DNA from: Candidatus Latescibacterota bacterium
Lineage (GTDB): Bacteria; Latescibacterota; UBA2968; UBA8231
Direction of reading: 5' to 3'
Length of the DNA stretch: 64,000 nt
Assembly: GCA_965242865.1 (NCBI GenBank)
Contig: CBDETK010000013.1
Coordinates: 3,904,001 to 3,968,000 of the forward strand
A program made the position numbers and the translations under genes. Shown piece after piece: positions 29,465-38,653 of the stretch. Each line of letters starts with the position of its first letter. The first letter of the stretch is position 1. Below the pieces are notes generated by a model, which was not told where the DNA came from, did no database searches, and saw nothing but the letters and a program-made list of their open reading frames with translations.

Positions 29465-29812
29465 GTGGCCGAAGTAACCATGTACCACAACCCGCAATGC
29501 TCCAAAAGTCGGCAGACGTTGGCTCTATTGGCCGAGCACGGCGTGGAGGCGAAGGTCGTCGAGTACTTGCAGACGCCGCCGGATGCCAAGACCCTAGACG
29601 CGCTCTTGCAAAAGCTGGGCTTGGAACCCCGGGAACTCATGCGAACCAACGAGGACGAATACGAGGCCCTCGGATTGGCCGAGGTGACCGATCGGGCGCA
29701 ACTCATTCAGGCACTGGTGGAACACCCCATCCTGATCGAGCGGCCCATCGTGGTCAAAGGAGGCCAAGCGCGCATCGGGCGTCCCCCGGAACGAGTCCTA
29801 GCTCTTCTCTAA
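29465..29812 (+). CDS. arsC: Arsenate reductase (glutaredoxin), ArsC family
   Basis: HNPQCSKSR, LIERPIV, RIGRPPE; GTG start after AGGAGG. Confidence 0.9.
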   Translation: MAEVTMYHNPQCSKSRQTLALLAEHGVEAKVVEYLQTPPDAKTLDALLQKLGLEPRELMRTNEDEYEALGLAEVTDRAQLIQALVEHPILIERPIVVKGGQARIGRPPERVLALL

Positions 29813-29813
29813 G

Positions 29814-30422
29814 ATGCTGAAACTGGGGTTTCTCGCCTCGCACACCGGGTCGAATATGCAGGCGATCGTCAACGCCTGTGCGGCCGGGACGCTGGCGGCC
29901 GAGCCGTGCGTGGCGATTAGCAACAACTCCCAGTCGGGCGCGTTGGTGCGGGCGCGGCAAGCAAACATGGCAACCTATCACCTGAGCACCCAGACGCACG
30001 GCGAGGGGCTGGGAGCGGCGATTTTGGCGGTGCTGCGGCGGCACGAGGTCGAAGTGGTTTGTCTGGCCGGATATATGAAAAAGCTAGGGGCGGAGGTACT
30101 GGCGGCCTACGAGGGGCGGGTCTTGAATATCCATCCATCCCTGTTGCCCAAGTTCGGCGGGCAGGGCCTGTACGGGATGCGGGTACACGAGGCCGTATTG
30201 GCCGCTGGCGAGCGAGCGAGCGGGGCGACGATCCACCTAGTAGATGAAGAATACGACCGAGGGCGGGTGCTGGCGCAGGAGAAGGTCGCGGTGCAGGCCG
30301 GGGACACGCCCGAGACCTTGCAGAAGCGGGTGCTGGCGGTGGAGCACCGGCTCTACCCGGCGACCCTCGCGCAAATCGCGGCCGGCGAAATCCCTATTCC
30401 GCGTCCCCGCTTTGGCGCATAA
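29814..30422 (+). CDS. purN: Phosphoribosylglycinamide formyltransferase
   Basis: ASHTGSN, LAGYMK, LNIHPSLLPKFGG, GATIHLVDEEYDRG, EH. Confidence 0.95.
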   Translation: MLKLGFLASHTGSNMQAIVNACAAGTLAAEPCVAISNNSQSGALVRARQANMATYHLSTQTHGEGLGAAILAVLRRHEVEVVCLAGYMKKLGAEVLAAYEGRVLNIHPSLLPKFGGQGLYGMRVHEAVLAAGERASGATIHLVDEEYDRGRVLAQEKVAVQAGDTPETLQKRVLAVEHRLYPATLAQIAAGEIPIPRPRFGA

Positions 30423-31875
30423 TGCGGCGCAGGTGCCCGAGCTCTTCGGCGATGGTGCGCCGCTCTAGCAGCCCAAGCACGGCCCCATAAGCCAACGCCA
30501 TAATTCCACTCCGCAAGACAAAATCGCCCGCGGCATAATCCAATGCCCAACCGGCGTACGACCACCCACAGACCGCCGCGGCCAGCAATCCCACGGCCGG
30601 CGCGGCCAATACCTTGAGCCAATGGACGCTCACGTACGCACGCAACCCAACGCACAAGCCGAGGAACCCCGTGCCGGCCACGACGCCCATGCTGTACGCC
30701 ACGCCCTCCGTGCCCCACAAGACGCCCATCGCCGGGACAGCAAAGAGGGCCACGCCCCCCTGCACCCCCACGATGTACGCGGACCGGCGCGTCGCCCCGA
30801 CGGCCCACAGCAGGCTAAACCCATCGCTGAGCAGCGGGCGCAAAAGCGCATACGCGGCGAGCCAAATCACGATGCGCGCCGACGCGGCCCACTGATCGCC
30901 CAACAGGGCGGTTATTTCGCGGGCGTTAAAGGCCAAAATCAGGGACACCGGGGCCGACACCCTCAGCACTAGGCTAATCATCTTGGCGAACAACTCGCCC
31001 AGTCGCTCGCGCTCGTGCCGATACCGCGAGTACAGGGTACCGCTGTAATTGAGGATGATATGCGCGATGATCGCGGTGGGAATCTGCACCAGCCACCAAG
31101 CTGTCTCGTAGAACGCGAGGGCCGTATCGCCGGCGACCAAGCGCACGACCAGCTTGTCGTACCACCAAATAAAAATCTGCAATATCCATCCGACCCAAAT
31201 CCACACGCCATAGCCCAACAAGCGGCGCGCCCAAACCCAGTCGAAGTGCAAAGAAGCGCGGCGCAGGGGGCGGCTGTACCAAGTGCCAGCAGAAAAAAAC
31301 AGCACATACACTACGCTGAGCACCGAGTACGTAGTCCACCCCCCCAATATCAGGCTCCACTCTCCCCAGCCAGCGCGGGCCGCCAACAGCGCACTCAGCA
31401 GGGCCAACAGCGTCCCCAGCCCGTGCAAGAGGGAGAGCCGGCCAAACTCAAAGTCCATTCTCAGCAGGGCCTCTGAAGTCAAGGTCAGTTGGCGCACAAA
31501 GTGCAGCACCGCCAGCACCCACGCGACTTGGGCAAAGGTCCAAGAAAAATCCGCTGGAAAGAGCAACGCCAAGCCCAAGACGACCCCGCTGCTGAACAAA
31601 CACGACAGCAAGGTAATGCCCGCGTTCAGCGCAAAGTGCGTGCCGACAAATTCCTCGACTCGGTCTTGGAAGTGCAACAGCGCGTGCATCAGGCCAAACT
31701 CGCGCAGGCTGGAGAGCATGGTAAAGACCGTCACGCCTAAAAACACATCGGCAAAAACGCTGGGTTCGAGCTGTCTTTTGATCAGGACCGTCAGCCCCAC
31801 GCTGCCCAGCCGCGCGGCATAGCCCGTGCCCAAGGTGTAGAAAAACCCCTTGCACATCTTTTGCGGGGTAATCAT
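30394..31875 (-). CDS. Oligosaccharide flippase (Wzx/MOP family)
   Basis: 493 aa with about 12-14 hydrophobic segments; RRLLGYG...W, DKLVV and LLG..W motifs. Confidence 0.8.
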   Translation of the reverse strand: MITPQKMCKGFFYTLGTGYAARLGSVGLTVLIKRQLEPSVFADVFLGVTVFTMLSSLREFGLMHALLHFQDRVEEFVGTHFALNAGITLLSCLFSSGVVLGLALLFPADFSWTFAQVAWVLAVLHFVRQLTLTSEALLRMDFEFGRLSLLHGLGTLLALLSALLAARAGWGEWSLILGGWTTYSVLSVVYVLFFSAGTWYSRPLRRASLHFDWVWARRLLGYGVWIWVGWILQIFIWWYDKLVVRLVAGDTALAFYETAWWLVQIPTAIIAHIILNYSGTLYSRYRHERERLGELFAKMISLVLRVSAPVSLILAFNAREITALLGDQWAASARIVIWLAAYALLRPLLSDGFSLLWAVGATRRSAYIVGVQGGVALFAVPAMGVLWGTEGVAYSMGVVAGTGFLGLCVGLRAYVSVHWLKVLAAPAVGLLAAAVCGWSYAGWALDYAAGDFVLRSGIMALAYGAVLGLLERRTIAEELGHLRRIMRQSGDAE

Positions 31876-31881
31876 GGATTG

Positions 31882-33240
31882 CTAGCGACCGCGGGCCGCG
31901 CCGCACCGGTAGGAGCGCGGGTCGCCGAGGCGGGCTTGCAGCGCGTCGGCGGTCATGCCAGTGTGGTGCTGGACCCAGTCGACTTCGTCGGCGAGTGTGC
32001 GGTCGAAAAGGCCGGGATCGTCGGCGCCGATGGCCAAGCGGACCTCCGAGGCGAGGAAGCGATGCACCGGGTGGTCCTTGGCCGCGGGCACACCGCCGAT
32101 GCGCAAGTTGGAGGTCGGGCAGGTTTCGACGACGGTGCCGAGCGCGGCCAAGCGGCTGAGCGCGAAGTCCTGCCGTCGGCGCACCGCTTTGAGGCGCGGG
32201 GGATCATATCCTCGACAGACGAGCGCGTCGCCGGGCCGGGCCGCGAGGCGGCTGCGTTCCTGCATCAGGGCTTGGTCGTCCACCGGGACGCCAAATTCTT
32301 CCAATCCGTTCTTGTGGTGCAAATCGTAGGCGATCTGGGCCAAGCGTTCGCTGACCCGCTCACATTCGTGGGCTTGGGGCCGGCGGGCTATGGCAACCTC
32401 CGGGTCGAGCCCGAGCGCGGTACAGTGCCCCAAGCGAAGCGCGCCCAGTTCAGCCGCTTCGTGGCACCAGCGCACCGCGCTTTCGAGCGATTTGTCGAAG
32501 TACACCTCGCCGACGTGATAGGCCACATCGAGGGCGCGCTCCGGGTGCAGCTCGTTGTCGCGGCGCAGGCGGCGGAAGAAGGCGCGGGTGCTCGCAGGCG
32601 GGTAGCCCTCCTCAAAGTGGCAGAAGTCGAGGCCGACGACCGTGGGGATTAAGTCCTCGTTTTCGTGGAGTAGGCGGCGGACCAATCGGTAGCATTCGAG
32701 CGGTGCCCAGCGCGGCAGGCCGATGAGGTAACGCGCCTCAAAGCCCGGGTCCGAGGCTCGTTGCAAGAAGCGGGCGACGAGTTGGTGAAACTGCGCGAAG
32801 GCTTCGGGCTGGGTGTGGTCGTACGGGGCCATGACGCGATATTCGACGTAGCGCAGCCCTTCGCGGCGGTGATGGGCCAAGACGCGCCGCCAGATTTCTT
32901 CCACCTTGTCTAGCCCCTTCCACCAGTAGCGATAGATGCAGATGGCCAGGTTGAACTTGGCTTGGAAACGAGCGAAGTCGCCGCCGTCTTCCGCCCCGTA
33001 CACGTAGTGCGCCGCAATGGGATCGAGGCACTGCCGGTGGAGGGCCTCGCGGAAGAGCGCGACCGGGTCGGGCCGCTTGCCATAGGCGCGTTCAAAGCTA
33101 TCGACGAAGAGCGACCAATCAATTTTCTCGTAGTAAGCGCGGCCCAAGTCGAGGAGATCGGCGGCAAAGAGGCCGCCGTAGAGGTGGACGTGCAGCTCGC
33201 AGGTCTTGGCCGCTTGGAGGGGGGGTTGGTTGTCGGTCAC
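31882..33240 (-). CDS. Adenosine deaminase-like metallohydrolase
   Basis: ELHVHLYG, YVEYR, VGLDF, HVGE, RLGH, ETCPTSN, GADDPG. Confidence 0.82.
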   Translation of the reverse strand: MTDNQPPLQAAKTCELHVHLYGGLFAADLLDLGRAYYEKIDWSLFVDSFERAYGKRPDPVALFREALHRQCLDPIAAHYVYGAEDGGDFARFQAKFNLAICIYRYWWKGLDKVEEIWRRVLAHHRREGLRYVEYRVMAPYDHTQPEAFAQFHQLVARFLQRASDPGFEARYLIGLPRWAPLECYRLVRRLLHENEDLIPTVVGLDFCHFEEGYPPASTRAFFRRLRRDNELHPERALDVAYHVGEVYFDKSLESAVRWCHEAAELGALRLGHCTALGLDPEVAIARRPQAHECERVSERLAQIAYDLHHKNGLEEFGVPVDDQALMQERSRLAARPGDALVCRGYDPPRLKAVRRRQDFALSRLAALGTVVETCPTSNLRIGGVPAAKDHPVHRFLASEVRLAIGADDPGLFDRTLADEVDWVQHHTGMTADALQARLGDPRSYRCGAARGR

Positions 33241-33243
33241 CCG

Positions 33244-34260
33244 TCACTCCAGCGCGGGCATATCGACCGCGTCGTCGCGGCGCTCGTGCATGTTCGCCTC
33301 CATGGCCTCTGGGTAGCGATGCGGGAGGTGGGAGACTGCGTCGAGCCGGGCGCGTGCATCGCTTGGGAGGCAAAAGCTGCCGGCGAGCATGTTGTCGCGG
33401 GCCTGCTCCACGGTGCGTGCGCCGATGATGACCGAAGTGATGGCCGGCTGTTCCAACACCCAACGCAGGGCCACTTGCGCCGGCGAGCGGCCCATTTCGT
33501 CGGCTACTGCTAGGAGCGTCTCTAAGGTCTCGTCGGCATTGGCGGCAAAATAGCTTTGCGGGTAGGCCCAAGCGTCGGCCGACCGCGTACCGGCCAAGGT
33601 GCGCTCGCCGGGCTTGTACTTGCCCGAGAGAAAGCCGCCGCCGAGCGGACTCCACACCACCACGCCCAGCCCCTTGAGCTGACAGACGGGAATCAACTCC
33701 TGCTCGATGTCGCGCACGACCAAGCTGTATTGCGGTTGGTAGCACTCAAAGCGCGCCCAGCCATTCGCGTCTGCAATCCACAACGCCTCCATCAGACGCC
33801 ACGCTTGATAGTTGGAACAAGCGATGTAGCGCACCTTGCCTTGGCGGACCAAATCGTCAAGGGCGCGTAGCATCTCCTCCAAAGGGGTTTGGGTATCCAC
33901 GTGGTGGATGTAATAGAGGTCGATGTAATCGGTCTGGAGGTGCTGGAGGCTGTCTTCGATGGCGTTCATAATGCGCCCCCGCGACATTCCCGAATCGTTG
34001 GGGCCAGGCCCCATGGGGTTGAAGAACTTGGTGGCGATGACCGCATCGCGGCGGCGGCTCTTGAGTGCCTTGCCGGTAAAGACCTCGGACTCGCCGCCGC
34101 CGTAGGAATCGGCCGTGTCGAAGAAATTGATGCCCGCGTCAAACGCCCGATCGACGATCCGCTCGGCTTCTCGCTCGTCGGTGCTGTGGCCAAAGGTCAT
34201 GGTGCCGAGGCAAACTTCCGATACTTTGAGGCCAGTGCGGCCCATTCTGCGGTATTCCAT
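33244..34260 (-). CDS. Aldo/keto reductase
   Basis: GLKVSEVCLGTM, FDTADSY, IATK, DYIDLYYIH, GKVRYI..SN, WSPLGGG. Confidence 0.95.
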   Translation of the reverse strand: MEYRRMGRTGLKVSEVCLGTMTFGHSTDEREAERIVDRAFDAGINFFDTADSYGGGESEVFTGKALKSRRRDAVIATKFFNPMGPGPNDSGMSRGRIMNAIEDSLQHLQTDYIDLYYIHHVDTQTPLEEMLRALDDLVRQGKVRYIACSNYQAWRLMEALWIADANGWARFECYQPQYSLVVRDIEQELIPVCQLKGLGVVVWSPLGGGFLSGKYKPGERTLAGTRSADAWAYPQSYFAANADETLETLLAVADEMGRSPAQVALRWVLEQPAITSVIIGARTVEQARDNMLAGSFCLPSDARARLDAVSHLPHRYPEAMEANMHERRDDAVDMPALE

Positions 34261-34349
34261 CGGTACTCCTCGTCTATTGAATGCGAGTGAATGTAAATGG
34301 TTTGGAGAGAATGTGCATGAGCAGGACCGGGGCGAGCGTGGAATTCGAG

Positions 34350-34478
34350 CGGCTGGCGCGAGCGCAGGGATACGAGGGGTTTGTGTCGTTGGAGTTGTTT
34401 AATCCGGGGCTGTGGGCGCAAGATCCGGCGGCCGTCGCCCGGATTGGCTTGGAGAAGATGCGGGCGTATTTCGCCTAA
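34350..34478 (+). pseudogene. C-terminal remnant of a sugar phosphate isomerase/epimerase
   Basis: RAQGYEGFVSLELFNPGLWAQDPAAVARIGLEKMRAYFA* matches the usual C-terminus of the family; no N-terminal part; left boundary approximate. Confidence 0.65.
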
Positions 34479-34978
34479 AGCCCCAGAATCTCGCGCGTCT
34501 TTTGCGGCAGGGTCCGCCAGTTGGCAATCAAATAGCGGTTGCCATCGACGTCCTCGATGACGGCTCGGTTGCCGGAGAGCATGCGTACGTTGGTGCGGTA
34601 ACTGCGGATTTCGAGTTGGCGAGGGCCGCTGGTGGTTTCGATCTGGCCGCGCAGCACGCCGAACTCTTCGTCGAGGCTATTAAAGGCCAAGACCTGCGGC
34701 TGAAAGTACACCTTGGCGAGTTCGTCTAGCAGCACTTGGCGGCTTTGGGCGTCGAGTTGCTGGGGGTCTTCAATGAGGCCGAGCTCTTGGTCTTCGGCGG
34801 CAAAGACGCCGATATAGCGGTCGGACTCTTCTAAGGGGAAGGCGCGGCGGACCTTGAGGTCCGTGTGCTCCTCGTCGCCGAGCTGGAGGATCAAGCTGCC
34901 GCGCTTGGACCGGCTAAAGCGCGTCTGTTGCGGGTCGAGCAGAAAATCTCCGTACGAATAACCGCGGGTCTTGCTCAT
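34475..34978 (-). CDS. DUF1854 domain protein
   Basis: RRAFPL...RYI, ELG.I.D...LD, EL...YF.P, ET..G.R, IEDVDGNRY.I; follows ABC transporter. Confidence 0.8.
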   Translation of the reverse strand: MSKTRGYSYGDFLLDPQQTRFSRSKRGSLILQLGDEEHTDLKVRRAFPLEESDRYIGVFAAEDQELGLIEDPQQLDAQSRQVLLDELAKVYFQPQVLAFNSLDEEFGVLRGQIETTSGPRQLEIRSYRTNVRMLSGNRAVIEDVDGNRYLIANWRTLPQKTREILGL

Positions 34979-37266
34979 AACGCCCGCACTTTCGCCATTT
35001 CGGTTTGCATATTGACCAGCCGGCGATAGACGCCGTCCTCCATGTTGAGCAACTCTTCGTGGGTGCCGACTTCGGCGATGCGCCCCCTTTCCAACACCAG
35101 CAGGCGCTCGGCGTTTTTGAGCGTCGAAAGCCGATGGGCGATGGCAAAGGTGGTGCGACCGGCCACCAACCGCTCGAGCGCTTCTTGAATCTCGTATTCG
35201 GTCTGGGTATCGACCGAGGCGGTGGCCTCGTCGAGGATCAGGATGCGCGGGTTGCCGATTAGGGCGCGGGCAATGGAAATGCGCTGGCGCTCGCCGCCGG
35301 ATAGACGCCCGCCGCGCTCGCCAACTTGGGTGTCGTAGCCATCGGGAAAATTCATGATGAACTTGTGGGCGTTGGCCGCGCGGGCCGCCTCAATGACCGC
35401 TGGGCGCGTCGCCTCGGGATGGCCGTAGGCGATGTTGCTGGCGATGGAGCCTTGAAAGAGCAAAGGCTCTTGCAACACCACGCCGATTTGGCTGCGCAGC
35501 GCCTGCTGTTTGAGCCGAGTAATGGGGTGGCCGTCAATGCGGATTTGGCCATCCGTGGCGTCGTAGAACCGCGAAATGAGGTTGACCAACGTGGACTTGC
35601 CGGCGCCGCTGGGGCCGACGATGCCGATCATCTCGCCGGGCTTGGCCCTAAAGTGGATGCGATCGAGGATGCGAGCCGAGCCGTCGTATGTGAAGCTGAC
35701 GTTGCGGAACTCGACCTCGCCGGTCAGCGGGCCGGGGTCCACGGCGTCCGCGTCGTCTTGGACTTCGGGTTCGGTGTCGATGATTTCAAAGACGCGCTCG
35801 GCCGTAGTCGCCGCGGTCTCTAGCTGCTCGGTGAGGTTGCACAGCGAGCGCACGGGGGCGTAGAACATGACCATGTACGAGATAAAGGCCTGCAAGTCGC
35901 CCAAAGTCAGCGCGTTGTTGAGCACCCGATTGCCGCCAAACCACCACAGGATGATCGAGCCGACCGAAGTGATAAAGGCGATCGTCGGAATGTAATAGGA
36001 GCGCATTTTGAAGGCGGTCATCTGCGACTCGCGCAGGTCGGTATTGCGCTCGTTGAAGCGGTCGAGCTCGCGGTTTTCTTGGGCAAAGGCTTTGACGACC
36101 TTGACGCCCGGGATGGTGTCGGCGAGCATGGCGTTGAGCGTGGAAATGCGACGCCATATCCGATGAAAAACCCAGTGGATGCGGGTGCGGTAGATGATGG
36201 TGCCGATGATCATGAAGGGGATTGGCAGCAGCGACAAAAGGGCCAATTCCCAATTCATTACAAACAGCATGGTGCAGATGCCGACGATGGTCAGCCCGTC
36301 GATGACGATGTCTTGGAACCCCGAGGTGATAAAGCTCCGCATGCGCTCGGTGTCGCTGGTGACTCGGGTCATGATCCGACCGGTGCTGAACTTGTTGTAG
36401 AACGTCAGCGACAGCCATTGCAAGTGTTGGAAAATTTGCATCTGCAAATCGTACACCACGCGCTGGCCGAGCCACCCTAAGGCGTACATTCGCACGCCGC
36501 TGATAATGCCGCGCCCGATGTAAATGCCGAGCAAGCCGAGTACGACCCACAAGAGGTATTGGACGCTCGCGGCTGGGGGCGTGGCCACCGCGCCCTCGGC
36601 TAGGCCCTCGGCCTCGTATTTGACGAGCACCGGGACGATGACGTCGTCGATGAGGATGCGGTTGAGCTGGGGCGGCAGCAGGCCAATGGCCGTCAGCACA
36701 ATCGTCAACGTAAACCCGAGCAGGGCTTGGGTTTTATAGGGCTTGATATAGGAAAACAACCGCCAAAAGGTCTCGGTCTGGCGCAGGCAGTTGGGGCAGA
36801 CTTTGGAGCCGGAGCGGAGGGCGCGTCCACAGGTGGAGCAGTGCTCTACTACTTGGACCGGATCGACGTGCAGCGGCCCACCCTCTTCGGCCGCGTCTTC
36901 CTCAACGAGGCCCGCGCCCTCGATGGCTTGGGGCACGCCGGAAAATTTGTAGTACGCACTCTGCGAAAAGCGCAGCAGCTCGACGGTTTCGTCCTCTAGC
37001 TCGACCACGAGCGCGCCGCTGCCCACAAAGTTGCGGGTCTGGATGCCCTGCACTTCGTCCAAGCCGAGCCGCACGGTCTCGGGTTTGTCCGTGCCATTGG
37101 GGTGAAAGACGAGGATGCGCTCGTCGGTAAGCGCAAACCAAGAGTCGCCGTACTGGCCGTCCGGGCGAATGTCGGCGGCGAGGAGGACGATGAGCAACTC
37201 GCCGGGTTGCAATTCGTCGCGGATGTGCGGCAATAGGCGTTCGGGTATAGGTTCGACTAGGTCCAA
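34975..37266 (-). CDS. ABC transporter, fused permease/ATP-binding, with N-terminal extension and Zn-ribbon
   Basis: GPSGAGKS, LSGGERQR, ILILDEAT, IAHRLST; transmembrane domain; CSTC..CPNC linker. Confidence 0.93.
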   Translation of the reverse strand: MDLVEPIPERLLPHIRDELQPGELLIVLLAADIRPDGQYGDSWFALTDERILVFHPNGTDKPETVRLGLDEVQGIQTRNFVGSGALVVELEDETVELLRFSQSAYYKFSGVPQAIEGAGLVEEDAAEEGGPLHVDPVQVVEHCSTCGRALRSGSKVCPNCLRQTETFWRLFSYIKPYKTQALLGFTLTIVLTAIGLLPPQLNRILIDDVIVPVLVKYEAEGLAEGAVATPPAASVQYLLWVVLGLLGIYIGRGIISGVRMYALGWLGQRVVYDLQMQIFQHLQWLSLTFYNKFSTGRIMTRVTSDTERMRSFITSGFQDIVIDGLTIVGICTMLFVMNWELALLSLLPIPFMIIGTIIYRTRIHWVFHRIWRRISTLNAMLADTIPGVKVVKAFAQENRELDRFNERNTDLRESQMTAFKMRSYYIPTIAFITSVGSIILWWFGGNRVLNNALTLGDLQAFISYMVMFYAPVRSLCNLTEQLETAATTAERVFEIIDTEPEVQDDADAVDPGPLTGEVEFRNVSFTYDGSARILDRIHFRAKPGEMIGIVGPSGAGKSTLVNLISRFYDATDGQIRIDGHPITRLKQQALRSQIGVVLQEPLLFQGSIASNIAYGHPEATRPAVIEAARAANAHKFIMNFPDGYDTQVGERGGRLSGGERQRISIARALIGNPRILILDEATASVDTQTEYEIQEALERLVAGRTTFAIAHRLSTLKNAERLLVLERGRIAEVGTHEELLNMEDGVYRRLVNMQTEMAKVRAL

Positions 37267-37493
37267 AACGGCCCTATCCTATTGTTTGAACTGCGATTTA
37301 TTGGGGAGATGGAGGCTCCGAAGGGGGCGGGAAGTCTAGCCCAAAGTTAAGGGTTTTTGGCAAAAGGGCAAACTCGCTGCGGCCCAATCCAGTGGAACCA
37401 AAATGCGTTTGCCCAATGGGTGTTTAATGGTTGTATTGACAGCCAACACAAGCGGCTTACTGCCCTCGCCTTCCCACGGATCGAGAGCATCTT

Positions 37494-37543
37494 GCCCTCG
37501 ACGAGGGCGGGGACGCCCTCGACGAGGGCGGGGACGCCCTCGA
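37494..37543. repeat. 21-bp palindromic tandem repeat GCCCTCGACGAGGGCGGGGAC x2 + partial
   Basis: Units at 37494-37514, 37515-37535 and partial 37536-37543; each full unit contains inverted repeat GCCCTCG-A-CGAGGGC. Confidence 0.85.
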
Positions 37544-37597
37544 TCCCGGACGCAGTGGCAACGCCCGAGAAGGCATACTTAGCACGAGAGGAAAACC

Positions 37598-38605
37598 ATG
37601 GCTATTAGCCGAGAGAACCTGAAAGAACGGTTGGCCGCCTTGCCGCGGTTGCCGCTAGCGGCCCTGCCCACGCCCTTGGAAGCGTTGACGCGCCTCAGCA
37701 CCCACCTAGGCGGCCTCCAGCTTTGGGTCAAGCGCGACGATTTGACCGGCTTGGCCTTTGGCGGCAACAAGATCCGCGAGTTTGAATACCAGATCGCCCA
37801 AGCCGTAGAGCAGGGCTGCGACGTGCTGGTACACTCGGCGGCCGCCCAGTCGAATCAATCGCGGCAGACAGCGGCCGTGGCCGCAAAATTGGGGCTGTCT
37901 GCGGTGATCGTCGGCCGCGACGACGCCCACGCCCAACCGCAGGGGAACCTGCTGTTGACCCACCTCTTTGGCGCGGAGGTGGACCTGCCCGCACCCGAGG
38001 CGCAGGCGCGGGCTGTGGCCGCAAAACTGGCCGCGCTGACAGCGGCTGGCCATCGCCCCTTCCACACCAGCTCGGACGCGCGCATCTTCCGCAGTGTCGC
38101 GTACGTCGATGGGGCGTTGGAGCTCTTGGCCCAATGCGAGCGACAGGGGGTTGAGCCGGCGGCGATTTACCTGTGCTCTGGGGCGCATACCCACGTGGGG
38201 TTGGTGGTGGCGTTTAAGGCGCTGGGCTTGGATATGCGGGTGGTGGGCGTCAGTCCCTCGCCGCGCGACGATCGGCAGGCGGCGAGGGAGCATCTCGCGC
38301 TGGGGCGGGAATGCGCCCAAGTCCTAGGGCTAGACCTTTCGCTGAAGGTGGAGGATTTTGAAAGTTATGCCGCGTTTGCCGGTCCGGCTTACGGCGTCGT
38401 AACCGCCGAGAGTCGCCAAGCACTGCACTTAGTGGCGCAGCAGGAAGGGCTGGTGCTCGATCCGTCTTATACCAGCAAGGCCATGGCCGGGCTGTTGGCG
38501 CACGTGCGCGTCGGTTGGTGGCGTCCCGATCAGACCCTCATCTTTCTCCACACCGGCGGCACCCCCGCGCTTTTTGCTTACGCCAAGGATCTCGGCTACC
38601 TTTGA
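37598..38605 (+). CDS. D-cysteine desulfhydrase / ACC deaminase family PLP enzyme
   Basis: PTPLE, VKRDDLTG..FGGNKIR, QSN, EG.VLDPSYTSKA, FLHTGG.P.LF. Confidence 0.9.
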   Translation: MAISRENLKERLAALPRLPLAALPTPLEALTRLSTHLGGLQLWVKRDDLTGLAFGGNKIREFEYQIAQAVEQGCDVLVHSAAAQSNQSRQTAAVAAKLGLSAVIVGRDDAHAQPQGNLLLTHLFGAEVDLPAPEAQARAVAAKLAALTAAGHRPFHTSSDARIFRSVAYVDGALELLAQCERQGVEPAAIYLCSGAHTHVGLVVAFKALGLDMRVVGVSPSPRDDRQAAREHLALGRECAQVLGLDLSLKVEDFESYAAFAGPAYGVVTAESRQALHLVAQQEGLVLDPSYTSKAMAGLLAHVRVGWWRPDQTLIFLHTGGTPALFAYAKDLGYL

Positions 38606-38653
38606 ACTCTTGCTCGCCGGCATTGAACTCAACCTCAATTACAAGGACTAAAT

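Noticed and set aside
37494-37543. CRISPR array
   Set aside because: Repeats are directly adjacent with no spacers, there are only 2.4 units, and no cas genes are present.
37357-37608. 83-aa ORF in the divergent intergenic region
   Set aside because: TTG start with no clear RBS, and the translation includes the tandem repeat; probably non-coding.
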